DNA of 64,000 bases from NCBI GenBank assembly GCA_004431415.1, contig QPMI01000072.1, positions 1 to 64,000 of the forward strand. The letters run 5' to 3'. The translations under genes were made by a program, and so were the position numbers. The notes under the pieces are model-generated. The model worked only from the letters and a program-made list of their open reading frames with translations, was not told the DNA's origin and did no database searches. This document shows positions 49,901-62,139 of this stretch, in pieces. The DNA comes from Cyanophora paradoxa CCMP329 (lineage: Eukaryota > Plantae > Glaucophyta). The number at the start of each line of letters is the position of its first letter. Positions within the stretch are counted from its first letter, which is position 1.

Positions 49901-52647
49901 CCCCTCTCCCCCCCTCTCCCCCCCCCTCTCCCCCCCCTCTCCCCGCCCCGCCCCGCCCCGCCCCGGGCCGACGTGGCCGGCAGGTGGAGACGACGACCTC
50001 GTGCTGCCTCCTCCGCCTCCTCTCCGTGCGCCCGCGACCCCCCTCCGCCCCTTCGATGGCTGAATTAGAAGCCTTCTCATAAAAGCAAAGGCCAGAAGCC
50101 TAGAAGCCCTCTCTAGAAGCCCTAGAAGCCAGAAGCCGCCCCCCTCCGCCCCTCCGAAGGCTAGAAGCCAAGCTTAGGAGCTTGAAAAAGCTTAAACCGC
50201 CGACCCCCCGGTTCCTCGCACTCGCCCGCGCCCCCCCATCCGCCCCTCCGAAGGCTGGGAGCGTGACTTGAAGCTAATTGTAGCTTCTTAAATCGCTGCC
50301 TTCGAATAATTTTCAAGTCTAGAAGCTCAGAAGCTCAGAAGCTTAACTTAGAAGCCCCCCCCCCCCCCCCCCCCCCGCCCCCTTCTCACTCACTCTTCCC
50401 TTCTCGCCGCCCGCTGCCCCCGTCCTGTTCTCCTCGCTCACCCCTCCTCCTTCTACTCCCCGCTCCTCGCTTCCTTCGATTGATTCTTCTCCCGCTCACT
50501 CCCCGCCGCCCCTCGCTCACCCCTCCTCTCCTCTCCTTCTCCCTCTTCAGGGCCGGTTCGGGGAGGCAGAGGACCTCGCCCGGCGCTCGCTGGCCCTCAT
50601 GTCCCGCATCGGCTCCCGCGGCTTCGGTGCGGTCCCCGAGACTGAGGCCGGAGAGGCTTAGAGGCGTAGAGAGACAGCTTAGAAGCATAGAGAGACTCAG
50701 AGGTCTAGATATACAGCTAACTATCTAGAGGCTTCGGTGCGACTGGAGAGGCTTAGAAGCATAGAGAGATCTAGACTGGATGAGACCGGAGAGGCTTAGA
50801 AGCATAGAGAGACCCAGAGGTCTAGCTTATATATGTATAGCATACAGCTAGCGCATCGGCTCCCACAAGGGCTTCGGTGCGGTTCATAGCACAAGGCTAG
50901 GACAGAAACATAGAGAGACTAAGTAAGAGATCTAGATCTAGATCTAGCGCATCGGCTCCCGCGGCTTCGGTGCCGCAGTGCGGTCCCTGAGGCTGGAGAG
51001 GCTTAGAAGCATAGATCTAGAGAGGCTAACTTAGTAAGAGGCTTCCTTAGTAAGAGAGGCTAACTCTAGTAAGGAGACAACTTATAACTTAGTAAGAGAT
51101 CGCCTCCCGGGGGTTTGGTGCGGTCCCTGAGACTGGAGAGGCCTAGAATGAATGCGTGCAATCGCTTCGGTGCGGGAGAACGTGGAGTATAACGAAGAAG
51201 TTATAGCTCTTTCGTGCTCTATCTCTAACGAACTTGTCCAATCTCGCTTCCTATCTAACTCCAACCAACTAACTAACCGTGCTTACGCGCGCTTGCAGGG
51301 AGCGTGGGCTACCGCGCGGTCTCGGGCTTCGCCGCCCTCCTCAGAGGCCGCCCCTCCGAGGCCGAGAAGCTCGCCGCCGGCGCCGCCGCCGCCGTGAGCT
51401 CCCCGCACAGCGTCTAGGGCCGGATTGATTATTAGACACTAGGATAGGAGCTCGCCGCCGCCGCCGCCGCGCCGCGCCCGCCCGCTCAGAGCTTGAACTC
51501 GCGCGCGGCCGCAGGCCGAGGCGTCGGACTTCTGGATGCAGAGCACCCTGCAGGTGCGCCCCATTTCAATGCTTGAGGCCTAGAAGCTTCTCTTGAAAGG
51601 CCGCGCCCTGTAATAGAGGCTTAACGCTCGAAGGCACAACAGCAGCCTGCAAACAAGCTACAAGCGTTGAGATTCCTGACGCGGCGCCCGCCCTCCCCCG
51701 CAGTTCGTGGCGGGGGTCGCGCGGTGGCAGCTGCGGGGGGACCCCGCCGAGCTCGCGGCCGCCGCGCGCGCCTTCCTCCCCAAGTGGCGCAACGACGTCG
51801 GCGCCGCCTCCTGGCTCGCCGTCCGTGCGTCCTTTGTACCCGCTTCGAATTCGAGCTTATTGCATCATGAGCTGAAGTTGGCGTCCGTCTTGATTATAAC
51901 CTGCGTCTCAATTTCTTAAATGGATGTCCGGCAGTGAGCATCCTTAGCTATAGCCGGCGTCGGCATACACATAATCACATAATCAAGCTTATAACATAAT
52001 CAAGCGTTTTATGTGTGAGCGCCGAAGCTGACGACTTTTGCCCCGCAGTGAGCATCTTCTGCTGCGTGGAGTACGCCCAGTGGGCCGAGGCCGACGCCCG
52101 AGACCGCCTGGACTGCGCTCCCTTCGAGGGAGGGCGAGGAAAACCGAGGCTGAAACCGCTGCCGCTACTCTGCGGCGGCCTGGGCCCGGCGCCGGGCGCC
52201 CCGTCCGACGTCGCCGCGTACGGCGCGGCTCGCGCCTTTGCGAGGGAGGCCGTCGCCGCGCTGGCCGAGACGCGGCGGCGGCGCCTGCCGCTTCTGGCCC
52301 CGTTCTGCGACCTCGCAGCCGGGTCGGACCCCTGCGCCGGCCCCGCGCACGCCGCGCGGCTCCTGAAGAAGGCCCGCGCCGGGTTCGAATCCGCCGGGCT
52401 CCCCTTCTTCGCGGCGCTCGCCGGCGTGCGGCTGAGCCGGGCCGAGCTGGCGCACGGGGCGCGGGCCGAGGCGGAGGCGGCGCGGGCGCAGGCGGCGCGC
52501 ACGGCGGCCGCCCTCGGCTTGGTCCTGCCGGCCCTCGGCCGCATCCCAGCGGCCGCGGCCGCGGCGCCGACCGGCGCCGAGGCCGCCGCGGAGGGGCGCG
52601 GCCAGGAGACGAGGGGCCGCGTCCATTTCGCCTCGATGTGGGTCTAG
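34444..52647 (+). CDS. Soluble adenylyl cyclase (ADCY10)-like protein: tandem degenerate class III cyclase domains + STAND/AAA NTPase + helical C-terminal region; highly intron-rich
   Basis: Exonic motifs: HGGRFGGLWLDERG, LWFGLGGVPPEDDP, RAVRAALALQ, VGPPCRLAYTLVGDAVSLAARLM (36786-36855), Walker A LVLEG|EAGSGKT (37852-37865 + 38364-38386), Walker B LLVDDAHHLD (40696-40726), SGGSPVYLVE, ARIGAVTGGGF, FRFSNKLVQ|EAVYE...RRDVHARYASWI. Last exon ends VHFASMWV* at 52647. Confidence 0.85.
36235..36275. repeat. (GATCT)n microsatellite; related runs at ~36006-36045 and ~46395-46445
   Basis: Directly visible pentanucleotide run inside introns. Confidence 0.9.
37626..37695. repeat. (CCCCG)n microsatellite; second array at 48196-48260
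   Basis: Directly visible. Confidence 0.9.
46839..46932. repeat. (GATA)n microsatellite
   Basis: Directly visible, about 23 units, intronic. Confidence 0.97.
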
Positions 52648-54692
52648 GCATGGATCTAGGCTAGCGTATGTTGCCAATTGCAAGTACTAGTATCTTTCGA
52701 TTTCGATATTGGTCGTCTTCTTCAGGTTTCAGCAGCTCAGTCGACTTTTCGTGACTCGCAGTTAGTCTAGCTTGGCAGATACCTGTTCATGTACATATGC
52801 ATGTTCTTCCACTTCGTCGGAATTTCAGCAGCTTAGTCCAACTATATACTATGATAACTCAATAAAACGCACGTACTCTGCCGGCAGCTCGTGTATCCTC
52901 TGAGAATGTGCTCTCTCCAGATCTGTCGAAGAACGGCCTGACCAAAAGAAAGGATCGTTAACGTTTAGCATTCGAATGGTCGACGTCTACTCTGACGTAC
53001 GCCGCTTCGAATTCCGTACAGTAACAGTGCACGTGAGCCTGTCCATGAGACATTTTTAATTTGCGCATGCGCAGCGCTCAGCGGCGGCTCCACAAGCGGC
53101 GAGGGCGAGGGCGGGAGGGCGGGGCCACGTGCACGACTCTCGGCGAGTCGTTATAATGCTATATAGGAGATTAACTAAGATAACGTTGAAGGCTTACTAC
53201 TGCGGCAGACTCAAAATGCCAGCATTCTAACTGACGGAACAGTCAAAAATCGATGTGGGGCTTTTTGCATGGGTGGTCGAGCCTGGCCGTGAACAGTCAT
53301 GCCAGTGAATCTGGTAAGTGGGGAACTTATGAATTGCCGGCCAATACTAGATTTGATTCTTTCATTGGGTTTCTGAATCTTATCCTAAATGAAGGCTGCC
53401 AGGAAGGCCTTGACTCACTAGGTTTGTCCAGCGCCTCTGGCATTTCAACAGTCGCTGAACAGTCACGTAAATGTAATTGGTCGCCGGCAAAATGGCAGAA
53501 TCTGCCAGCTCTAGGCTCTAGCTAGCCCTCCCGGCCCTCCGCTGCCGGACCAATAAGCCAATTGCGTACTGGTTTAAAATCACCGTACCCATATACGTAG
53601 TGCTATAGCTAGCTACCGGTACCGGGTACTCGGCGGGTAGGCGCCGCGCCGCTAGTAGCCCGCTAGCGCTTCACTACCCGGCATATACCGGACCTATTAC
53701 CAGTACTATATTTTTTTTTTGGTGAATTACCGGCCACAGTCTCTAGACACCAGCACTGCGGGGGCTATATAGCTACTTGGTTCGGCCGCGGTAGCACATA
53801 TACCGGGGTAGCTGCCGGGGGGGTGCGGGGGGGGCGGAGCCCCCCCTGCTTGTTAGCTGTATATAGTCTCGTGGCTAGCTGGCCCAGTGGTCGAACGTCG
53901 AAAACGACGTCGCCAGGGCGGGCGCTCGGGGTGCCGGCGATCGCGAGAATCTAGCGCGTGGGCGAGGCCTCGGTTCCGGGGATCCGGGGATCCGGAGGCC
54001 CGGCTCAAGGGAAGACAAGCTTCGGATCCGACTCGGCGAGCTAGCCTAGTATCCTGGGCAGGTGAAATTCCTTTTCTAGTCGGTTTACCGTAGTACTTGT
54101 TTGTTTGTTGCTGAAGAAGGCACGGCTCTCGATTTGATTTAGATGACAAATTGCGCTCTCAAGTGGACATCGGACTCTGGATGGGATCCCGGAAAGGCTA
54201 TATAACTAGTAGCGCTACATCCGAGCTGGACCGCACGCGCATGCGCACATGTACCTTCGCACTACGTGAACAATCGACGCAACTGGTACCGTAGTGCAGA
54301 AAGGAACTGCGGCAGCCAAGGCCTGCTACAATTGCGACGCTACTATCGAAGAAAGAAAGTGAAATTTAGTGTTAATGGCGACCGTGCACGTGCTCGCGAT
54401 GGAGGTCGAACATGGAATAGGAATAGCTATGCGCGGAACTATGCAGGCGACATATGGACATATGGCAACTTACAGCTATGCGCGGCGGAACTATTGAATG
54501 CAAGCACACCAAGCATATGCAACGAACTTATTTATGCGCGGAAACTCTAATTAAACACATCTAAGCTAGAGTTCGGCGATGAACAGGGGCGGACGCAGGG
54601 AAATAACGCGATTCAATCACAAACTATATATAGAAAAGAGTCCGATGACCTAACGATGGAGGTCGAGGCGTGCTACAAATAGTAGGGGCTAA

Positions 54693-57600
54693 TTAGACGC
54701 CGTAAGCGGGAACCGAATCCGCGCTGGCGCCCGAGGCAGAGTTGGACTGGACGTGCACGGTGCGGATCTCGGTGAGCGAGGCCGGCGGCATGGCGGTCGC
54801 GTTCTGCGATGCGCATGCCGCCAGTGAGCATAAGGAGATTCGGGATCGGGCGGATGGAAGCTTATAATTAAGGAACAACAACAACAGCGGACCGCGTTGC
54901 GGGCGGTGGTGGCGGCGATGGTGACGTCGCGGACCTGCTTGCGCGTGATCACCATCGCGGCGGCGATGGCGCCGACTGCGAGGCCCGCGATGCCGACCGG
55001 CACGGCTGCGAGGTTAAAAGCACCGGTCAGCTTTACTCTCAAGCTTAAGCTTAAGTAAACGGAATGGCCCGCAGGCTGCAGCTGGCGGCACGGACCGATG
55101 GCGACGGCGAGGAGCGTGTTGGACGTGCCGGCAGAGGCGGCGGGGGCGGCGACGCCGGCAACGCCCGAGGACGAGGCGCCGGCTGCGACGCCGGCGGAGG
55201 CGTCGGCGCCCGCGGCGCCGGCGTCGATCCACATGTTCGTGAGCCGGAGGCTGCCGCTGCCCGACTTGCCGTACGGGCCGCGCCACGGCTTCAGGTTCGT
55301 GCAGTAGAGGCGGTCCTGAGGCTCCGCCGAGTTCTTCCGCCCGTAGGTGTTCGCTGCAAAGGCGTCGTGGTCAGCGGCGGCAGATTCTGAACAAAGAAAG
55401 CATTGAGAGCGATCAGAAAAACGCTTACAGGGCTGGAACCACGGGGCCGAGACGGTGCCCTCCATGAGATCGCCAAGGTCGTTGAAGTGGTTCGGAGTGC
55501 AGCAGCCGGCCGAGTTGCAGAGCTCGACGAACATGGTGTAGCAGTGCCTTTGATTATTAAGCATACGGTTAGCTGAATTATATTAATTTCTACGAGATCA
55601 ACAGTGAGAGCGCACGACGGCTGCACGTTGTTCGCGAGGGTCGGCGCGTAGTTGAAGCCCGGCATGGGGAACGGCCCGGACTGCGCGGCGCTCGCGGCTT
55701 CAGCGCTCGCGCCGTGGAATGAAACTAACAGATAAATTTGAATATAACTCGCCTCGAAGACTTGGTACTTCGTGTTGTCGTAGCCGTTGATGCCCTTGAT
55801 GTAACGCTGCAGCGTCAGGTTGTACGTGTACACTGCGCGCGCGCGCGCCCGAGTCAGACAATGTTAACTCTGCCACAGTCAGACAGGCAAGAAACGTGTA
55901 CGCACGGGACGGGTCATCGCCGCCGCTGTAGGACATGCTGGGCCAGTACACGACGGCGGTCTTGAAGCCGAGGCTGTTGAGGTAGACCTCGTCAAGCTGG
56001 AGGGTCGGATCCGTGGCGTTGAGCTTTGCCTCGAGGGCCTGCAGCGCCCGGATGTCCTGCACGGTCGACCCGCCGTAGAGGCCGGTCGTGTATGCGTTGT
56101 GGGGGTTCTGGAAGGGCTCCGGGGCCGGGAGAGGGATGCCACAGACAGGCGCCACGACTGCGGAAATATTGAGGATCGCGTTAATATATTGATGTTGACA
56201 TTACAGCGGATTCGAGGGGAGCGAATTCGAACCCGGGACCGTGATGGAGACGGTTGCGTTATTGCTGCAGCCTGCTGTGTTGCAGGCCTGCACCTTGAAC
56301 TCGTACGTCAAGCCTGCGCGCGGTCCGGGCGCGTGAGCCATTTCTTGCGACCAACCATTCTGCAATCATCTTGCTGAAATTGCGAACCGGGGCACAGCAG
56401 GGTTTCGATCAAATAGTCGGTGGCTCCATTCTCGGCTTCTCCGTTGGCATCGAAGTTATCGGCGGTAGGGTAACCACCGCCCGTAGTCGTTCTCGGGCAG
56501 TCGCCCAGGCTGCTAGGAAGGACCAGCGCCAGCTTGTACTGCGCGGTTTCGCACGCATAAGCAAACTTGCAATTGAAACACGCATGTCAATGCAGGCGTG
56601 TGCGGCGCACCTTGTTGATGAGAGCACCGCCGTCGTAGCTTGAGCGGTTGAACGTGCCATCCGTCTCCAAGCCGGACAAATCAGCCGGGGTGAACACGAA
56701 GTCGCTGCCGAACGAGAACGGAGTGTTCCATGCGGGCACAGTCGGGGGAACCTCTGCCGGAGGCGGTACATGTGAGACACGTGTTTAGTTTCATGATCAG
56801 AATTTGAAACATTTCTGGCACCGTCGGGAACGAATTCGTTCGCTGAAGAGTCGCAATCCGAAGGATTCGCAACGAGGCATGCCTTGAGCGTGACTTCGTA
56901 CTTGTAGTCTGCGAAAGAAATGTACATAAGCAGGTTATAATTAGTACAGTGACGACTCTAGGCTGGAAAATCTGATCATGATCATGAGAAGTCGCTGAGC
57001 GCACTGGGGCAAAGGTGGGGAAGATAAAGGGTGCCGCCCGTGGTGGAAACGGTGCCAGAGGACCCAAACACGAAGTCGGACAGGGTGCCGCCGCTCGTTG
57101 TCTTGTACTGGGTGACGAAGGGACAGTCGTCGATGCCAGTTGTGCGCTTGGTGGGCGTCGCGATCGTGATCTCATACTGCGCACGCAACGAATTCATGAT
57201 CATGATGATCAGATCAGCAATGAGAACCACTTCGAGCGCTAGCTATAGCTATAGCCGGGGGTCGCACAGTAACGCCGGTCGCGGTGGCCCAGGTCAGCTC
57301 CGCGGGGTAGCCCTTGCCGGGGAGGAAGTCATCCACGGCAGGGGTCGCGGTAGGCTTGTAGTAGATATACTTCATCGTCGGATCCGGAGCGGTCACGGTG
57401 CTGTCGGTGCCCGCGTTGCAGCCGGTACCGTCCTTCTTCCCGAGCACAGGGTTGACGAACTCCCAATCGTTCTGACAAGACGCTGTCACCCCCCCAACCG
57501 TCGCAGTCTTTTGACCCTGTAGCATGCAAAGAATCATGATCATGATCAGCTGCAGCAGGAGCGCCCGCTGCCCCACGTCAAACGAAGCGCTAGCTACCTT

Positions 57601-58975
57601 GACATTGTTCTTCATGTTGTCGTAGTCACAGAAGACGTCGGCCGGTGCAGTGATCGTGTACTGGATCTTGGTGACTTTCTTCACGCTCCCGCCGCTGCCA
57701 ACGTCGATGTTCGATGCCAGGATCGCCAGCGAGAGGGTGAAGGTCCCGGCCACAGCGGTGTCGCCGGTGGCCTGGTTCGTGAAGGGCTTCGGGGTTGTCG
57801 TCGCTTCGAATGTCACGAACGGAGTGACGACGATCTCCTTGTTGGCATTCGTGCCTGTGATCTGGAATGCCAGCTCAATCCCATCGTACTGCGAAGAGCT
57901 GCATGCAGACAGGGTGTACGTTTGAGCTTGGCACAAGTAACACAGTCATTAATCGTGCAACAAAATCACGAACGCGTCGACGAGGGCGATGCAAGTGACG
58001 GCGTTCGGCGTCTTGGTGCAGCTCTCGCCGTCGTTGATCCCGAAGTTCGAGAAACCGGGCACTGCGCATGCACATAACGATACAATCAGTAGAAGCTCCA
58101 TAGAACACCCGTCTAAATCTGCTAGAGCTAGATACGAGGAAATAAAACAATAAAAAGCGCACGCTTCCACGGAGAGTATTCGCCTGGGTGCGGAAATCGA
58201 TGCGAATGTATTAGGTCACAAAAAATGGCCAAAAATAAAAACCAGAATGGCTTACATGCGCAGGCTGGAGTCCTGTGCTCATAAACCGCAAAAGTGGAGA
58301 ATGTGCCGTACTGGCAGCCACTCTTAGAGAGTTTCCCCTTTACGTGCGAGAACAAAGCGCTTCAGGGGCTGCGAACATTCGAATTCGCGAAAGAGCGACC
58401 GAGGGACCGAGGCTCCGCACCCTGATTCTGAGCTGGATTGTCGAACAGTCGAAGGTTTTGCTGGCGGTGAAGACGAGCTGCCACGGCGACGAGGTGGTTG
58501 TCAACTCGAAGGTGCCAGCGACTGTCTTCGAGCCGGCCACGGCCTCGAAATCGTATTGCTCGGCTCCCGCAGGGCTGCGCGCCATGATGGTTAGGAATAC
58601 CACATGTACATGCAGGCAAATCTGACGAGGCTCACTCCACGGTAGCCTTGCAAGTCAGGGTCAAGCCGTTGTTCGACAGGGTGCATGGCTCACTCTGAGT
58701 GGCGACGACAGTCGCTGCGACGCGCGCGGTGGACGGTTAGTTGGCTGTTTAGAATGCACAAGACACCGAGGCGACGACTTGAGGGGCGAGGAAGAGCACT
58801 TACGCTTGGCACCTGCGGAAGAGCAACCGTCGTTAAGGTCAATTTGCAAGGAGGGCACGCTCATTAATATCGTTGTATGTAAGAGTTAATTGAAGGGCGC
58901 ACATGACTGGGAGAGCGCTACGGCCACGAGGGCCGCCAGGACGAGGGCAGCGAGGGGAAGATTTCCGCGCCGCAT
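54693..58975 (-). CDS. Type-I membrane/cell-surface protein with signal peptide, beta-rich Cys-containing ectodomain including fibronectin type III-like segments, one TM helix and short tail; many short introns
   Basis: Start MRRGNLPLAALVLAALVAVALSQS (58975). Fn3-like strand motifs DYKYEVTLKAC and LTYEFKVQACNTAGCS. Ala/Ser-rich stalk, TM AVPVGIAGLAVGAIAAAMVIT followed by RKQ. Last exon ...DSVPAYGV* (54693). GC-rich exons alternate with ~45-70 nt AT-richer GT-AG introns. Confidence 0.8.
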
Positions 58976-60061
58976 CGTGAACTGCGCGAGCCGCGGGCGC
59001 GTCCGGTCAGCGACGGGCCGGCCTCGAGCTCTGGGCGGCCCAGGCCGGCCGGAAGGGCTCCATGGCCAGAACGTGTTTAACGCTAACGCCCGCGGCTTGC
59101 GGCCGGAAAATCTAACACGCGGACCGCGGTCCGACCGTCGCGCGGCCGGGCGGACTTTAAGAGCGCTAACGGCGGCGCCCGCGGCCGGCCGCGCGTGGGC
59201 GGGGCGGGGCGGGCTTGCGTCCGCTGGAGACGGAGACCGACGCCGCGCGCGTTCTCGGCCTTAAAAGCGGCCCGCGCACCCGGGGAAACTTGGGCGCGGG
59301 CCCGGGCGCGCAGAGGCGGCGCACCTTGTCTGATGCTCCAGGCCGCGCGCGCGGGGCCGATGGGAGAAGTCCGACGCTCGGCGACCGTCTAGATCTAGCT
59401 GCTAGCGCTGCGGTTGCAGAATGGTGCGCGACTGTGTCTGCAAGCGCAGCTGCAGCCTGAGCAGGGGGGGTAGGGGCAGCGTACGCGTGGGGCGGCACTG
59501 GGGCCACTGGACGAGCCTCGAAATCGCGCAAATCGGCATTCGCATGCATATGAGGCGCCGGCTAGCGTTGACGTTCTGCGATTGACCGGCGCGGGTTGAC
59601 CTGAAATATCACAAGATTCACAACCAGCGTTTTTTTGCTACCGTTACTAACCTCCATCGGACTTTTCGGAGCTTTCTGCATTTTTAAGAGCGGGGCAAAT
59701 TATACTTTCACCTAGTATTTATTGTGATATCTTTACTTAATGGGGAAGATTCGCGATCGACATATTTGCAATTGATTCCACAAGACAAAGAAATTTGTAT
59801 ACGATAAAACAGCCTTAATAAAAAGGCCACCGGCCATTTTTATTCAAATTCTTGCACTATCGAACGCTATCATGCAGAGGTTTTATAGGCGCCTTTTCAT
59901 GATTCGATTGGTCGTCGTCGACTCGTCGACGTGACGCGACCGTCGCGAGACTCGCGACGACGTCAAAGTTGTCGGAGTTGAACACACGCATCATGTACAC
60001 GGTACACCGTACACGGTAGTATGTGACGGTACATCACGGTACATCACCGTACATGTACGTA

Positions 60062-60311
60062 CTGGAGAGCTAGAAATATTCAGTGGGCTGCATATTTATA
60101 GTACTAGAAGTTTTTGGGCGATCTACTAAATATTTCCCGCCTGCTAAAGCCGAGAATTTGTAGGGGTAGTCCCGTCTCCGCCATACAAAAGCCCGGCCTG
60201 GGGCCGGCCAAGACTGACCTACTAAAGTTTTACCACCTGCTAAAGCTTTTTAAGTGGCAGTTTTGGCGAAGTACTAATTATTTTCCTGCACTAAATTAAC
60301 TAGTTCTCCAG
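60062..60311. mobile_element. 250-bp MITE, TA target duplication (Tc1/mariner-type)
   Basis: TA|ctggagagctag ... ctagttctccag|TA: 12-bp TIR with 1 mismatch and weaker inverted similarity further inward. Internal direct repeat ctactaaa...cctgctaaagc. Confidence 0.7.
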
Positions 60312-60547
60312 TATACACGCAAATTGACGCAATTGCAACTTGCAACTTCAGTTGCAAGCTTTTTAAGTTTGCGAGTTGAATATTAAATTCAGCAGCACGT
60401 TCAATGCACAGTGCGTACATTGAAGTTGATTGAACATTTACATGTGTTCATATCAACTTCATAATCCATTTGCTTCACAAATAAATTAATGTTCAGTCAC
60501 TGAGTGTTCAGTGTTCACTGTTCACCAGTAGTAGTCTAGTACTAGTA

Positions 60548-61486
60548 CCGTGTAACACAAAAATATGGCTGACAGATTTATGTCGTTATAAAACTTGACC
60601 CTTCTCTTGGTGAAATATGACGGTACCAAATTATGTCGTCATGAACTTTTCAGGCTTGTATGGGGCGGTAAATTGTATGGGGTACCACTGAGAGTAACCC
60701 ATTAGTGAATTCGCACACACCGAGACAATACGGCTAATGATAGAACTGAGGAGTCCGTAAAGTGTCAAGTCGAAAGATGAGCCTACTGGTTACGCCGGGT
60801 AGGGAACCTATCAGCCATCGGACAGGGTGGAGCTAGTCAAGGAGACGTAAACTAAAGCAAAGCTAACCCAGAGCAGAGAGCTACTACCTATACATCTAGC
60901 CTAGCTTAGGACTAGGCTACCGAGAGGACTACCCAGGGTCTACGAGAGGGAGGTAAATTAAAACACTACTACTGCTAGTGCTGCCTGCCTAGGGACCGTC
61001 GGGACGTCCGGAGCTCGCGGCTGTTCTACTGTACGGTAGGAAAGCCAGGACGGACCCGCGGTCTAATCTGCCTACTCTCGACGCGGCCGCGACTACAGCT
61101 AGCGCGGCGGGCTCCGCGTCGAGGGGGCCGCTCGCCCGAAGCGCGGGTGGAAGCACGTCGGCGTAGAGGGGCCGAGGGGAATGAGGCGAGGGGGGACGTT
61201 GCGGGGAAGAAGTGGGGCGGGACGGAGAAGGTCGGCGCCGGCCGTGGCGGGGAGGGGGAGGGTCGGATTTCTCGGTCAGCAGGGCTTCCAGCCTCGAACC
61301 AGCCGCCGCACCCCCGCCGCGGGCAATTGCGAGCCCCCCTCCGCGGCGGTCCTTCAACCCACGGTCCTGGTACCACTGAGAGTGTCCTACTATGACGGTC
61401 CAAAATTATGTCGTTATTTCACGTCCGAAGCGACATAAGTTGGTACCGACATAGTAAAGTGCCCGTCATATTATTGTGTTATACGG
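60548..61486. mobile_element. 939-bp non-autonomous Tc1/mariner(pogo)-like element, TA target duplication
   Basis: TA|ccgtgtaacacaaaaatatggc ... gtcatattattgtgttatacgg|TA: 22-bp TIR with 3 mismatches. Subterminal repeats atgacggt...aaattatgtcgt and ggtaccactgagagt near both ends. No transposase ORF. Confidence 0.85.
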
Positions 61487-62139
61487 TAGTAGACTAGTAC
61501 TCAGTGACTAGTACTGTGTACAGTGTACAGTGTACGTAGTAGTCATGTCATTAAGTTAGGCGTCGCTTTTCTTAGACGTTTGCCCACCCCGGGCCACCCG
61601 TCGTGATAGACTCTGAGACGTTAACATTCGAATTCATGCACAAAGATAGACGAGCTGCTGGTCGCTCCATACAAGCGTTACTATGGCATACCCCCTTTAG
61701 GCACAGTTAGACGGGGTTGAAGTCAGCGAATGGGTGAACTCGTCTATCCGCGCCTAACTTTGTCCGAAGTTTGTCGTCGCCTAACGTTAACTTTGTGGAT
61801 TGACATGTATACGTACATTGTACAGTACTGTTCAGTGTTCATGATCAGTGTTCACATGCATAATATCAAAAAAAGCTTTGGCGTATATACGGGTATATAT
61901 ACCTCTTTTTTTGCGCCACTCTGATACTAGTACCCCCGCCGGCGAATTGGGCGCTACTAGTACGCCCCCTCCTCTCCCCCCCCCCCCCCCCCCCCCCCCC
62001 AGGCCTCCCTCAAGCCACGGCCAATTCTCGTCGGCTAGCTACATCACAGCCTACATGCAGCCGCTGAGCCACACTACTCAGCCGACGGGGCGGGGACGCC
62101 CGGCGGGGTCCAGCGTCATGGCCGGCGCGGGCGCTGGCC

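Noticed and set aside
53195-53520. Possible MITE with repeated aacagtc motifs
   Set aside because: Only a 9-bp inverted match and no target duplication; insufficient support.
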